Assembly (NCBI GenBank): GCA_964424195.1 | Contig: CAYRHT010000001.1 | Location: 135,260 to 199,259 of the forward strand | Source: an uncultured Gammaproteobacteria bacterium | Lineage (GTDB): Bacteria > Patescibacteriota > Patescibacteriia > UBA1558 > S5-K13 | Length of the DNA stretch: 64,000 nt | Direction of reading: 5' to 3' | Shown: in pieces, positions 1-9,959 of the stretch | Numbering within the stretch: position 1 is the first letter of the stretch | Layout: every line of letters starts with the position of its first letter | The notes under the pieces: model-generated | Database searches by the model: none | Told to the model about the DNA's origin: nothing | What the model saw: the letters and a program-made list of their open reading frames with translations, nothing else | Made by a program: the position numbers and the translations under genes

Positions 1-527
1 AAATAGAAAGAGTGATAGGAATAGTAAAAGCATATTTAACACGAGTAGGAAATGGACCAGTTCCAAGCGAAGATACTACTGAAAAGGGTGATGATTTACG
101 AGAAAGAGGTGATGAATATGGAACTACTACTGGTCGACCAAGAAGATGTGGTTGGTTAGATTTAGTCCAATTAAAATATTCAGTACGAGTTTGTGGAATG
201 ACTTCTTTAGCAGTTACTAAATTAGATATTTTAGGAGGTATTAAAAAGATTCCAATTTGTGTAAAATATAAATATCAAGATACATATTTAGAAGAAGTAC
301 CAGCTGATTTAAGTGTATTTAATAAATGTGAACCAGTTTATGAATACATGGATGGTTGGGATGACCTTTCTCGAGAAGATTTAGAAAAAATTGTTGAAGA
401 GGGTTATGATGCTTTACCAGAAAATATGAAAAAGTATTTAGATAAAATAGAATCAACTTTAAATGTTCTAATTGAATTAATTTCCTTTGGACCAGAAAGA
501 AAGATGACAATCGAGTTGAAAGTTTAA
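1..527 (+). CDS. purA: Adenylosuccinate synthetase, C-terminal fragment; the 5' end lies outside the window
   Basis: The translation (VKAYLTRVGNGPVPSE...GRPRRCGWLDLV) matches the conserved PurA C-terminal region. The ORF runs off the window start. Confidence 0.85.
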   Translation, partial: IERVIGIVKAYLTRVGNGPVPSEDTTEKGDDLRERGDEYGTTTGRPRRCGWLDLVQLKYSVRVCGMTSLAVTKLDILGGIKKIPICVKYKYQDTYLEEVPADLSVFNKCEPVYEYMDGWDDLSREDLEKIVEEGYDALPENMKKYLDKIESTLNVLIELISFGPERKMTIELKV

Positions 528-564
528 AGTTAAAAGTTGAAAAGTAATAATTAATAACAAATAT

Positions 565-837
565 ATGTCAGAAAAGATTTTTTTAGGTCATGAGAAACCA
601 GGACCAATGGAAGAGGTATCTGGAGAAGAGAAGAATAAATTAGATCTTCGAATAGATCTTCGAAGGAAACATTTAGAATATTATAAAAGCCATCCATGGA
701 TTAAAAAAATGATAGAAATAACAAATCTTTCTCTCGATGATTGGATAAATGAACGAGTAGCTGAAGATGAAGAAAAAAATGAAAGATTAACTAAAGAAAG
801 AGAAGAATTAATGAAAAAAAATTATAATAAAAAATAA
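565..837 (+). CDS. Small charged hypothetical protein inside the pur operon
   Basis: 90-aa ORF tightly packed between purA and purL, with a 4-nt gap to purL. No recognisable motif. Confidence 0.45.
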   Translation: MSEKIFLGHEKPGPMEEVSGEEKNKLDLRIDLRRKHLEYYKSHPWIKKMIEITNLSLDDWINERVAEDEEKNERLTKEREELMKKNYNKK

Positions 838-841
838 AACA

Positions 842-3127
842 ATGAAAGTTACTCAAGAAAATTTAAATAAATATAAAATTGCTTTAACTTTAGATGAAGC
901 TATAAAACTGCGAGATGAAATTTTAAAAAGGGAACCAACTCTAACCGAGCTGGTTGCTTTTGGAATTGAGGGCAGTGAACATTGTTCATATAAGAGTAGT
1001 CGTGATTATTTAAAGCAATTACCTACTGATGCTCCTAATGTAATTTTAGGTCCCAAAGAAGATGCCGGAATTATTCGAATCGCTGAAGGTTGGGGAGTGG
1101 TAATGGCTCATGAATCACATAATCATCCTTCTCAAGTTGTTCCTTATGAGGGAGCAGCAACAGGTATCGGTGGTATTGTACGAGATGTGCTTTGTATGGG
1201 AGCTAAAGTAATTGCTGTGTTAGACGGTCTTAGATTTGGAGATATTGAAAGAAATCATACTCAATGGATTCAATCTGGAGTAGTTTCAGGAATTTGTGGT
1301 TATGGAAATCCAATTGGAGTAGCAAATATTGGTGGTGATCTATATTACAATAAATCTTACAATGATAATTGTTTAGTTAATGTGGGGGCTATGGGTTTAA
1401 TTAAAGAAGATGAAATTATTCATTCTTTTGCTCCGAAAGATGCCGAAGGACTTAATTATATTCTTCTAGGTAAGCCAACAGATAATAGTGGTTTTGGTGG
1501 AGCTAGTTTTGCTAGTTTTGAATTAGATGAGAAAGACAAAGAATCGAATAAAGGTGCAGTTCAAGAACCAAACGCTTTTTTAAAGAGACATATTTTTGAA
1601 TCTACTTACGACTTATTTAAAATTTTAAAAGAAAAGAATTTATTAGATAAAATTGGTTTTAAAGATCTAGGAGCTGGTGGAATATTATGTTCTACAGTTG
1701 AAATGGCTGACCATGCTGGTTACGGAGCACTTATTGACTTAGATAAAGTTCATGTTGGTATGGATAATTTAGAACCTTATGTAATTCTTTCTGCAGAAAC
1801 TCAGGAAAGATTTATGTGGGTAGCTGATGATGAAGTCACGGAGTTAATTTTAAAACATTATAATGAGAAATGGGCTTTACCAGAAGTTTCTCGAGGAGTA
1901 AGAGCTTCAGTAATTGGTAAAATTCAAAAAGGAAATTATCAAGTTAAGTATAAAGGAGAAATAATTTTAGATGCTAAAGCTAATGATGTTACTGAAGGAT
2001 TAAAATATGATCGACCAGTGCAAGAAATTAAATATGATTTAAGTGAACCAGGCATTAAAGTAGAAGATTATAATGAAGAGTTGATGAAATTATTGAAATC
2101 AGAAAATATTGCTAGTCGAAAGTCAGTTTATGAAAAATATGACAAACAAATTCAAGGCATAACTCATATTGAGTCAGGTGAAGCTGATGCGGGAGTAATG
2201 AAACCTTTAATTGATGAAAATTTAAATACGGGAATTGCTTTTTCTATGGACGGAAATTCTCGTTATGGAGAAATATCTCCTTATTGGCAGGGAGCTAATG
2301 CTGTTACAGAAGCAATGAGGAATGTAGCTGCTGTGGGAGCTATTCCTTGGGGATTAACTGATTGTTTAAATTATGGTAATCCAGAAAAACCAGAACAAAT
2401 GTGGCAATTTGCGGAAGGAATTAAAGGTGTAGCAGATGCAGCCAAGAATATTCATTTAAAAACCTATCCTGATTCACCAACTCCTTTTGTATCTGGAAAT
2501 GTGAGTTTCTATAATCAGTCTAAGAATCAATCTATTAATCCATCAGCAGTTATTATTTGTTTAGGAAAGCTAGAGGATTATCATCAAGCGATTACTATGG
2601 ATATTAAAAAATCAGATAGCAATTTATATTTAATTGGTCCTCGGAAAAATGAATTAGGAGCTTCTGAATTTTATAACCTCCACGATGAATTAGGAGCTAA
2701 TGTTCCTCAGTCAGATTTCAAAGAGGTAGAAAAAGAAATTTATGCTTTAACTGATTCTATCGAGCAAGGTTTAGTATTATCAGCTCATGATATTTCCGAA
2801 GGTGGTTTAGCTGTTACTCTAGCAGAGATGATTATTACTAGTAAAAACAAACTTGGTTTAGAAGTTAATTTAGATAAAGTATCTGAACTTGATTTAAACA
2901 CTGTCCAAAAACTATTTTCCGAAACTGGTGGTTTTGTAATTGAAGTTAGTTCAGAAAACGATGAAAAACTCAAAGAAGTATTTAAAAACAGAGGAGTAGA
3001 ACTTTATAACCTAGGAAAAACAAATGAGAGCAAAGAATTAAAGATTGTAGATAAAGAAGAAATTATTAATTTGAAAGTTGATCAGATGCACGATGCCTGG
3101 TCAAATTCTTTAAGATCAAAATTATGA
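842..3127 (+). CDS. purL: Phosphoribosylformylglycinamidine synthase subunit PurL
   Basis: 761 aa. Contains the PurL motifs GPKEDAGIIRI and AHESHNHPSQVVPYEGAATGIGGIVRD. Confidence 0.93.
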   Translation: MKVTQENLNKYKIALTLDEAIKLRDEILKREPTLTELVAFGIEGSEHCSYKSSRDYLKQLPTDAPNVILGPKEDAGIIRIAEGWGVVMAHESHNHPSQVVPYEGAATGIGGIVRDVLCMGAKVIAVLDGLRFGDIERNHTQWIQSGVVSGICGYGNPIGVANIGGDLYYNKSYNDNCLVNVGAMGLIKEDEIIHSFAPKDAEGLNYILLGKPTDNSGFGGASFASFELDEKDKESNKGAVQEPNAFLKRHIFESTYDLFKILKEKNLLDKIGFKDLGAGGILCSTVEMADHAGYGALIDLDKVHVGMDNLEPYVILSAETQERFMWVADDEVTELILKHYNEKWALPEVSRGVRASVIGKIQKGNYQVKYKGEIILDAKANDVTEGLKYDRPVQEIKYDLSEPGIKVEDYNEELMKLLKSENIASRKSVYEKYDKQIQGITHIESGEADAGVMKPLIDENLNTGIAFSMDGNSRYGEISPYWQGANAVTEAMRNVAAVGAIPWGLTDCLNYGNPEKPEQMWQFAEGIKGVADAAKNIHLKTYPDSPTPFVSGNVSFYNQSKNQSINPSAVIICLGKLEDYHQAITMDIKKSDSNLYLIGPRKNELGASEFYNLHDELGANVPQSDFKEVEKEIYALTDSIEQGLVLSAHDISEGGLAVTLAEMIITSKNKLGLEVNLDKVSELDLNTVQKLFSETGGFVIEVSSENDEKLKEVFKNRGVELYNLGKTNESKELKIVDKEEIINLKVDQMHDAWSNSLRSKL

Positions 3128-4047
3128 CAACAACATATAAAGATGCTGGCGTAGATATTGATGCTGGCGCAGAAGTGGTAAAAAGAATTAAGAAAATGAT
3201 TCCTAAGGTTGGTGGCTTTGGGGGAATGTTTGAATATGAAGGAATGATTTTTGTACAAAGTATTGATGGTGTCGGAACTAAAATGAAATTAGCTTCTCAA
3301 TTTGATCGTTGGGAAACAATGGGGCGAGATATAGTTAGTCATTCTTGTTTAGATATTATGTGCCAAGGTGCTACTCCAAAAACTTTTATGGACTATATTG
3401 CTGGGGCAAAAATTGATCCAGCAGTAATTGAGAAAATAGTTACAGGTATTGTTAATGAATGTCAGGAAAATGATATTTCTTTAGTTGGTGGAGAAACTGC
3501 TGAAATGCCTGGAGTTTATGCTGAAGGGGAATATGATTTAGCAGGAGCAATTATGGGAGTAATGAAAAAAGATGAAGAAATAACTGGTGAGGATATTAAA
3601 GCTGGTGACAAAGTATATGGTTTAGCTTCTATCGGTTTACATACCAATGGCTATTCTTTAGCTCGAAAAGTTTTAGAAACAGAAATTGCTGATTCTAATA
3701 TGGAAATTGTAGATCAATTATTACAACCTCATCAGAATTATTTAAAAGAGGTTAAAGAGTTAATTAAAAAATACGATATTAAAGGAATTGCTCACATAAC
3801 TGGTGGTGGATTTTTGGATAATATCCCACGAATTTTACCAGAAGGTGTGGGGGTAGAAATTAAAAAAGGAGAGTGGCCAATTTTACCAATCTTTAAAACT
3901 ATTCAAGAAAAAGGAGATGTCCCAGAAATGGATATGTATCGAACATTCAATATGGGAATTGGTTTAGTTTTAATTTCTGAAGATGAATTACCAATATATA
4001 AAATAGGGGAAGTAGTTGAAGGGGATAAGCAAGTTAAATTAATTTAA
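3124..4047 (+). CDS. purM: Phosphoribosylformylglycinamidine cyclo-ligase (AIR synthetase)
   Basis: N-terminus YKDAGVDIDAGAEVVKRIK is PurM-like. ATGA start/stop overlap with purL. Confidence 0.9.
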   Translation: MTTTYKDAGVDIDAGAEVVKRIKKMIPKVGGFGGMFEYEGMIFVQSIDGVGTKMKLASQFDRWETMGRDIVSHSCLDIMCQGATPKTFMDYIAGAKIDPAVIEKIVTGIVNECQENDISLVGGETAEMPGVYAEGEYDLAGAIMGVMKKDEEITGEDIKAGDKVYGLASIGLHTNGYSLARKVLETEIADSNMEIVDQLLQPHQNYLKEVKELIKKYDIKGIAHITGGGFLDNIPRILPEGVGVEIKKGEWPILPIFKTIQEKGDVPEMDMYRTFNMGIGLVLISEDELPIYKIGEVVEGDKQVKLI

Positions 4048-4052
4048 AAATT

Positions 4053-6257
4053 ATGTATAAAATAGCAGTATTACAATTTCCAGGAACTAATTGTGAATAT
4101 GAAGCTCAAAGAGCTGTAAATAACTCTGGAATGCAAGGAGAATTTTTTAGATGGAATCAAAATGCAGAAGAATTAGATAATTATGATGGCTATGTCGTGG
4201 CGGGAGGATTTTCTTACGAAGATCGATCCCGAGCTGGAATAATTGCTTCTTTAGATCCAATCATGAAAAAGATTAAAGAAGAGGCTGAAAAAGGAAAACC
4301 AATTATTGGAATTTGTAATGGTTGTCAGATCTTAATGGAAACTGGTTTAGTGCCTGGTTTAGAAAACAATGCTTTGGGTGGAGCTCTAGCTTTAAATACT
4401 AGAGCTCAAGATGGCAAAGTCATTGATACTGGATATTATAACGAGCAAATTTACATTAAAAACCAAACCGAGAATCGTTCTGCTTTTAATTTAGAAACAG
4501 ATAAAAATCATCACTTTAGATTACCAATTGCTCATGGAGAAGGAAGATTTGTTTTAGAAGAAGAATTATTAAAAGAATTACAGGAACATAATCAAATAGT
4601 TTTTAGATATTGTGATGCTCAAGGAGAAGTTAAAAATGAATATCCAGTAAATCCTAATGGTACTACTGATAATATTGCGGGAATTTGTAATAAAAGAGGA
4701 AATGTTTTAGCTTTAATGCCTCATCCTGAGAGAGTAGCAGAGGGACAATTTATTTTTGATTCAATGAAAAAATACATTGAAGATAATTCTAAACTTTCAG
4801 AAGCAGATTATAAATTAGAATATTCTCAGGAAATCAAAAAACCAGAAGCATATTCTAAGCCGGAGAATTCTACAGAACTATTAGTGGATATGATAATTAC
4901 TGATAATGAAGCTGTAACTGTAGAAAATGCTTTGAAACAATCCGGATTTGAAGGCGTAGAAATTAAAAAGAAAGTATATTGGAATGTTGAAGCAGATAAT
5001 CTAGATCTAGATGCTTTAGTTAAATCAGGGGAGTTATTAAATACTAATAAAGAGAATGTAATAGAGAAATTAGAAGATGGATATTTTAATCTTTTAGTAA
5101 TGTATAAGGGTGATGCTGAAGGCAAAGGAAAATTAGCTACTCTAAAAAATAAATTAGGGTTTGATAGTATTGAAGATGTTCAGAAAGGAATTTTGTGGCA
5201 AATCAAATGCAAGGAAGAGGATCTAGAGAAAATTTTAGCTACCAATATATTTTATAATCCTTTTTCACAAGATTATTTTAACTATAAATTCAAATATATG
5301 AACAAAGAAGAGATAATAAAAAACAATTTAAAAAATACTTTAACTGAAATTAATATTCCCGAGCTAGGAGAAAAGAAAATTGGTAAAGTTAGAGACACTT
5401 TTTTTAAAGATAAACAAATTATTTTAGTTACTACTGATCGACAGAGTGCTTTTGATAGAGTGTTAGCTGCTATTCCATTTAAGGGACAAGTTTTAAATCA
5501 AACATCAGCTTGGTGGTTTAAACAAGTCGAAGATATTATTCCAAATTCAGTTATCTCTACTCCTGATCCAAATGTAGTTATTCAAAAAAAATGCCAAGTA
5601 TTCCCTTTTGAAGTAATTGTGCGTGGTTATTTAACTGGTTCTACTTCAACTTCTGCTTGGACTAATTATGAAAAAGGAGTCCGAAATTTATGTGGTAATA
5701 AATTGCCAGACGATATGTGGAAGAATCAAAAATTTGAGAAGAATATTATTACTCCGAGTACTAAATTTGAAGAACATGATCGAAATATCACTCCAGACGA
5801 TATTATCAATGAAAATTTTGCCACCAGAGAAGAATGGAAGTACATTTCTCAGAAAGCTTTGGAAGTTTTTACCAGAGGACAAAAGATTGCTAAAGAACAT
5901 GGTTTAATTTTAGTAGATACCAAATATGAATTTGGTAGAGATGAGGAAGGAAATATCATGATTATTGATGAGATCCATACTCCTGATTCTTCTCGTTATT
6001 GGTTAGCTAATAATTATCAAGAAAATATTGATGAAGGAAAAGAACCAGATAATATTGATAAGGAATTTTTAAGATTATGGTTTAAAGAAAATTGTGATCC
6101 TTATCAGGATGAGAAATTACCACCAGCTCCAGATGAGTTAGTAATTGAACTTTCAAAGAGATATATTCAACTATATGAAATGATTACCGGAGAAGAGTTT
6201 AAATTTCCGGAAGGCGATGTTGAAGAAAGAATTAAAAATAATTTAAAAAATATATAG
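4053..6257 (+). CDS. purQSC: Fusion protein: PurQ glutaminase, two tandem PurS-like repeats, and PurC (SAICAR synthetase)
   Basis: N-terminus MYKIAVLQFPGTNCEYE is class I GATase PurQ. The middle has two segments of about 80 aa resembling PurS (ITDNEAVTVENALKQSGFEGVEI..., LKNKLGFDSIEDVQKGILWQIK). The C-terminus is PurC (ILVTTDRQSAFDRV, FEVIVRGYLTGS). Confidence 0.8.
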   Translation: MYKIAVLQFPGTNCEYEAQRAVNNSGMQGEFFRWNQNAEELDNYDGYVVAGGFSYEDRSRAGIIASLDPIMKKIKEEAEKGKPIIGICNGCQILMETGLVPGLENNALGGALALNTRAQDGKVIDTGYYNEQIYIKNQTENRSAFNLETDKNHHFRLPIAHGEGRFVLEEELLKELQEHNQIVFRYCDAQGEVKNEYPVNPNGTTDNIAGICNKRGNVLALMPHPERVAEGQFIFDSMKKYIEDNSKLSEADYKLEYSQEIKKPEAYSKPENSTELLVDMIITDNEAVTVENALKQSGFEGVEIKKKVYWNVEADNLDLDALVKSGELLNTNKENVIEKLEDGYFNLLVMYKGDAEGKGKLATLKNKLGFDSIEDVQKGILWQIKCKEEDLEKILATNIFYNPFSQDYFNYKFKYMNKEEIIKNNLKNTLTEINIPELGEKKIGKVRDTFFKDKQIILVTTDRQSAFDRVLAAIPFKGQVLNQTSAWWFKQVEDIIPNSVISTPDPNVVIQKKCQVFPFEVIVRGYLTGSTSTSAWTNYEKGVRNLCGNKLPDDMWKNQKFEKNIITPSTKFEEHDRNITPDDIINENFATREEWKYISQKALEVFTRGQKIAKEHGLILVDTKYEFGRDEEGNIMIIDEIHTPDSSRYWLANNYQENIDEGKEPDNIDKEFLRLWFKENCDPYQDEKLPPAPDELVIELSKRYIQLYEMITGEEFKFPEGDVEERIKNNLKNI

Positions 6258-6258
6258 T

Positions 6259-6756
6259 ATGGAAATTCTAGATGTTATTAATATAAAAGATGAGGTTATA
6301 GGAGAAGCTAGTAAGGATGAATGTCATCAAAGAGGATTAAGACATAGAAGTGTTTTTGTATTTATATTTGATAATAATGATAATTTAATTCTACAAAAAA
6401 GAAGTAGTAAAAAAAAGATAAGACCCAATAAAATAACAGCTTCCGCTTGTGGTCATGTAGTGAAAGGAGAGAATTATTTAAAAGCTGCTGAAAGAGAATT
6501 ATTAGAAGAGCTGGGCATTAAAACAAATCTAATAGAAGTTTTAAGAACAATCGGTCCTTATGATCAAGACAAAGAGAATATTGTTTTATATGAAGGTCAT
6601 TATGAAGGAGATTTAGATTTTAATAAAGAAGAAATAGCTGAAATTATCAAAATGAGTGTAAATGATATAAAGGATAAATTGGAAGAAAAAGTCTGGAATT
6701 TTGGTTCAAGTTTTAAAAAAGTATTTTTAGAATATATAAATAATAAAAATATATGA
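6259..6756 (+). CDS. Nudix hydrolase
   Basis: Nudix box GHVVKGENYLKAAERELLEELGI, matching Gx5Ex7REUxEExGU. Confidence 0.75.
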   Translation: MEILDVINIKDEVIGEASKDECHQRGLRHRSVFVFIFDNNDNLILQKRSSKKKIRPNKITASACGHVVKGENYLKAAERELLEELGIKTNLIEVLRTIGPYDQDKENIVLYEGHYEGDLDFNKEEIAEIIKMSVNDIKDKLEEKVWNFGSSFKKVFLEYINNKNI

Positions 6757-7142
6757 AAGCAATAATAATCATGGGATCAGAATCTGATAAAGATTTTGTC
6801 CAAAAAATTACAACAAAATTAAGTGAATTAAAAATTGAGTTTGAGGAGCATGTAGCTTCTGCTCATAAAAATCCTAAAGAAGTATTAGAGATTATTGAGA
6901 AAAATAATGAGTCCGATGATAAATTATGTTATATTACAGTTGCCGGAAGAAGTAATGCTTTGTCAGGTTTCACAGCTGCTAATGCTAAACACCCTGTCAT
7001 TGCTTGCCCTCCTTTGAAGGATAAAATGGATTATATGGTAAATATCCATTCTACTCTCCAAATGCCCTCAAAAGTGCCTGTAATGACTGTAATTGACCCA
7101 GGAAATGCAGCTTTAGCAGTAAGTAGAATCTTAAACTTATAA
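6753..7142 (+). CDS. purE: N5-CAIR mutase / PurE family protein (short)
   Basis: IIIMGSESD, SAHKNP and AGRSNALSG align to the PurE motifs IVMGSKSD, SAHRTP and GGAAHLPG. Confidence 0.8.
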   Translation: MKAIIIMGSESDKDFVQKITTKLSELKIEFEEHVASAHKNPKEVLEIIEKNNESDDKLCYITVAGRSNALSGFTAANAKHPVIACPPLKDKMDYMVNIHSTLQMPSKVPVMTVIDPGNAALAVSRILNL

Positions 7143-7146
7143 AAAT

Positions 7147-8472
7147 ATGGATTCATTAAATAGTATTTGTCCTTTAGATGGACGTTATCAAAAAGACCTG
7201 AAGATTCTTCAGGAGTATTTTTCAGAAAGCGCTTTAATTAATTATCGGGCCGAGGTAGAAAAGAAATATTTAATAGCTTTATTAAAATTATTAAAGAAAG
7301 CTAATGCTACTGAATTAAAGAAAATTGAAAATATTAAAATTGATTCAGCTAAAGTTAAAAAAATTGAGAGCATTACTAATCACGATGTTAAAGCAGTAGA
7401 GTATTATTTAAAAGAGGAGTTAAAGAAATTAAAATTTAGTGATGATATTTTAGAGCTAGTACATTTTGCTTTAACTTCTGAGGATATAAATAATTTAGCT
7501 TATTCTTTAATGTTTAAAGACGCTTTAGAAAAAGCCTATCTTCCAGAATTAAATAAGACTATTAAAGAATTGAAAAAGCTAGCTCAGAAGCATAAAGCTC
7601 AGACAATTTTAAGCATGACCCACGGACAGCCAGCTACTCCAACAACACTTGGAAAAGAAATGGCTGTTTTTGTTTATCGTTTAAATAGACAATTAAAGTT
7701 TTCTCCTTTGCTAGGAAAATTAGCAGGAGCTACTTCTAATTGGGCTGCTCATTATGTCGCTTATCCAAAGATTGATTGGTTTAAATTTAGTGAAAAATTT
7801 GTGAAGTCTCTCGGCTTAGAATTAAATCCTTTAACTATCCAAATTGAATCACATGATAGTTTAGCTGAGAATCATCAGCAAGTTATTAGAATAAATAATA
7901 TTCTTAAAGATTTTTCTCGAGATATGTGGCTATATATCTCCCGAGGGATTTTTAAACAAAAGGTGGTTAAGGGTGAAGTTGGTTCCTCAACTATGCCTCA
8001 TAAAGTAAATCCAATTAGATTTGAAAATGCGGAAGGTAATCTCGGAATGAGTAATGCTATCTTTGATTTTATGGCTAATAAATTACCAATTTCTCGAATG
8101 CAAAGAGATCTTTCTGATTCTACAGTATTAAGAAACCAAGGTTTAGCTTTAGGATATAGTTTTTTAGCTCTACAGAATTTAGTCAAAGGTCTAGCTCGAG
8201 TAGAAGCTAATAGTATAAAGATCAAAGAGGAATTAGATAATAATTGGGAAGTTTTAGCTGAACCAATTCAAACTGTATTAAGAAAATTAGGATATTCTGG
8301 AGCCTATGAAAAATTAAAGGAATTAACTAGAGGTAAAAAATTAAATCAAGAAATCCTAACTGAGTTTATTGATGACTTGAAGATACCTCAAGAAGAAAAA
8401 GAACAATTGAAAAAATTAACACCATTTAATTATAATGGTATTTCATCTAAATTAATTAAATATATTAAATAA
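7147..8472 (+). CDS. purB: Adenylosuccinate lyase
   Basis: N-terminus CPLDGRYQKDL is PurB-like. Fumarase/lyase family signature near GSSTMPHKVNP. Confidence 0.9.
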   Translation: MDSLNSICPLDGRYQKDLKILQEYFSESALINYRAEVEKKYLIALLKLLKKANATELKKIENIKIDSAKVKKIESITNHDVKAVEYYLKEELKKLKFSDDILELVHFALTSEDINNLAYSLMFKDALEKAYLPELNKTIKELKKLAQKHKAQTILSMTHGQPATPTTLGKEMAVFVYRLNRQLKFSPLLGKLAGATSNWAAHYVAYPKIDWFKFSEKFVKSLGLELNPLTIQIESHDSLAENHQQVIRINNILKDFSRDMWLYISRGIFKQKVVKGEVGSSTMPHKVNPIRFENAEGNLGMSNAIFDFMANKLPISRMQRDLSDSTVLRNQGLALGYSFLALQNLVKGLARVEANSIKIKEELDNNWEVLAEPIQTVLRKLGYSGAYEKLKELTRGKKLNQEILTEFIDDLKIPQEEKEQLKKLTPFNYNGISSKLIKYIK

Positions 8473-8476
8473 TATT

Positions 8477-9955
8477 ATGTGTGGAGTGGTCGGAATATTT
8501 GGTAATCAAGAAACCAGAGTAAGTTTAGAGCTTTATGATTCTTTAATTGCTTTACAGCATCGAGGACAAGATTCAGCTGGGATTATAACTCTCAATGATG
8601 GTTTTCATTTACATAAGAAATTAGGATTAGTTCGTAATGTTTTTAATGAAGAAGTTCTTTCTCGTTTAAGAGGTAATATGGGAATTGGACATGTCCGTTA
8701 TTCAACAGTTGGTGATGGGACTGCAAATGATGCTCAACCATTTTTAGCTAGTTCTCCCTATGGAATAGCTATAGCTCATAATGGTAATGTAACTAATTTT
8801 GAAAAACTTAAGAAAGAATTAGCTGAAAAAGATTTACGACAAACTAATTCTGGTTGTGATGTAGAAATAATTTTGAATGTTTTTGCTAGTGCTTTAGCGA
8901 AACAAAAAGAGGGAGATTTTAAAGAGCAAGTTTTTAAAGCAGTAGCAGAAGTTCACCAAAGAGTTCAAGGGAGCTATTCAGTAGTAGTAATCATTGCTGG
9001 TAAAGGAATGGTAGCTTTTCGAGATCCTTTAGGAATTAAACCTCTGGTAATTGGTAAACGAGGAGAAGAATATATATTTGCTTCAGAGAATGTAATGTTT
9101 ACTACATTAGGATTTGAATATCAGGGAGATGTCCAAGCTGGTGAATGTATTTTTCTTGATCAAGAGAGTAAATTACATCGGAAGTTAATTACTAAAAAAA
9201 CTCATTGTCCTTGTATTTTTGAACATGTTTATTTCGCTCGACCAGATGCATTGATTGATAATGTTAGTGTTTACAAATCTCGTTTACGAATGGGTAATAA
9301 ATTATCAGAAAAGATTAAACCTTTGATGGATGAATTAAAAATAGATGTAGTAGTCCCAGTTCCTAGTACTTCTACTACCACAGCTTTAACTTTAGCCTAT
9401 GACTTAGGAGTTAAATACCGAGAAGGATTAATGAAAAATCATTTTATTGGTCGAACATTTATTATGGAGAGTCAAGAAAAAAGAAAAAAGTCAGTTCGTT
9501 ACAAACTATCTCCCGTAGAATTAGAAATTAAAGACAAGAATGTTTTATTATTAGATGATAGTATTGTTCGAGGAAATACTTCTAAAGAAATAGTGAGACT
9601 TCTGAAAGAATGTGGAGCTAAAAAAGTATATTTTGCTGTAGCTGCTCCACCAATTAAATTTCCTTGTGTCTATGGAATTGATATGCCAACTCGACAAGAA
9701 TTAATTGCTCATAATAAAGAGAGTATGGAAGAAATTAGAAAAGAGATTGGAGCTGACTTTTTAATATATCAAGAACTTGATGATTTAGTTGATTGTGTTC
9801 ATGAGGGTAATCCGGAAGTTAGAGAATATTGTACAGCTTGTTTCTCTGGAAAGTATCCAACTAATATTTCAGCAGAAGAGTTGTTAGAACTAGAAGAAGA
9901 GAGACTGGTAGTTCGGAAGAAACAAAAAGAACAACAAATGAAAATATTTAAATAA
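8477..9955 (+). CDS. purF: Amidophosphoribosyltransferase
   Basis: N-terminal MCGVVGIFG Ntn-amidotransferase start, followed by a PRTase domain. Confidence 0.92.
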   Translation: MCGVVGIFGNQETRVSLELYDSLIALQHRGQDSAGIITLNDGFHLHKKLGLVRNVFNEEVLSRLRGNMGIGHVRYSTVGDGTANDAQPFLASSPYGIAIAHNGNVTNFEKLKKELAEKDLRQTNSGCDVEIILNVFASALAKQKEGDFKEQVFKAVAEVHQRVQGSYSVVVIIAGKGMVAFRDPLGIKPLVIGKRGEEYIFASENVMFTTLGFEYQGDVQAGECIFLDQESKLHRKLITKKTHCPCIFEHVYFARPDALIDNVSVYKSRLRMGNKLSEKIKPLMDELKIDVVVPVPSTSTTTALTLAYDLGVKYREGLMKNHFIGRTFIMESQEKRKKSVRYKLSPVELEIKDKNVLLLDDSIVRGNTSKEIVRLLKECGAKKVYFAVAAPPIKFPCVYGIDMPTRQELIAHNKESMEEIRKEIGADFLIYQELDDLVDCVHEGNPEVREYCTACFSGKYPTNISAEELLELEEERLVVRKKQKEQQMKIFK

Positions 9956-9959
9956 AATT

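Noticed and set aside
319-510. Short antisense ORFs inside well-supported genes (for example 319..510, 2785..2973, 4826..5125, 5668..5907 on both strands, 7998..8225, 15016..15363, 16462..16728, 19357..19569, 19936..20145, 23093..23443, 25813..26007, 37902..38126, 47865..48137, 48758..48985, 57975..58169)
   Set aside because: They lie entirely within, and opposite or out of frame to, long ORFs with clear homology. They have AT-rich, low-complexity translations with no RBS and are typical six-frame noise in an AT-rich genome.
528-564. Purine riboswitch or PurR box controlling the pur operon
   Set aside because: The only intergenic spaces inside the operon are too short, and the operon's 5' leader lies upstream of the window, so nothing can be called.
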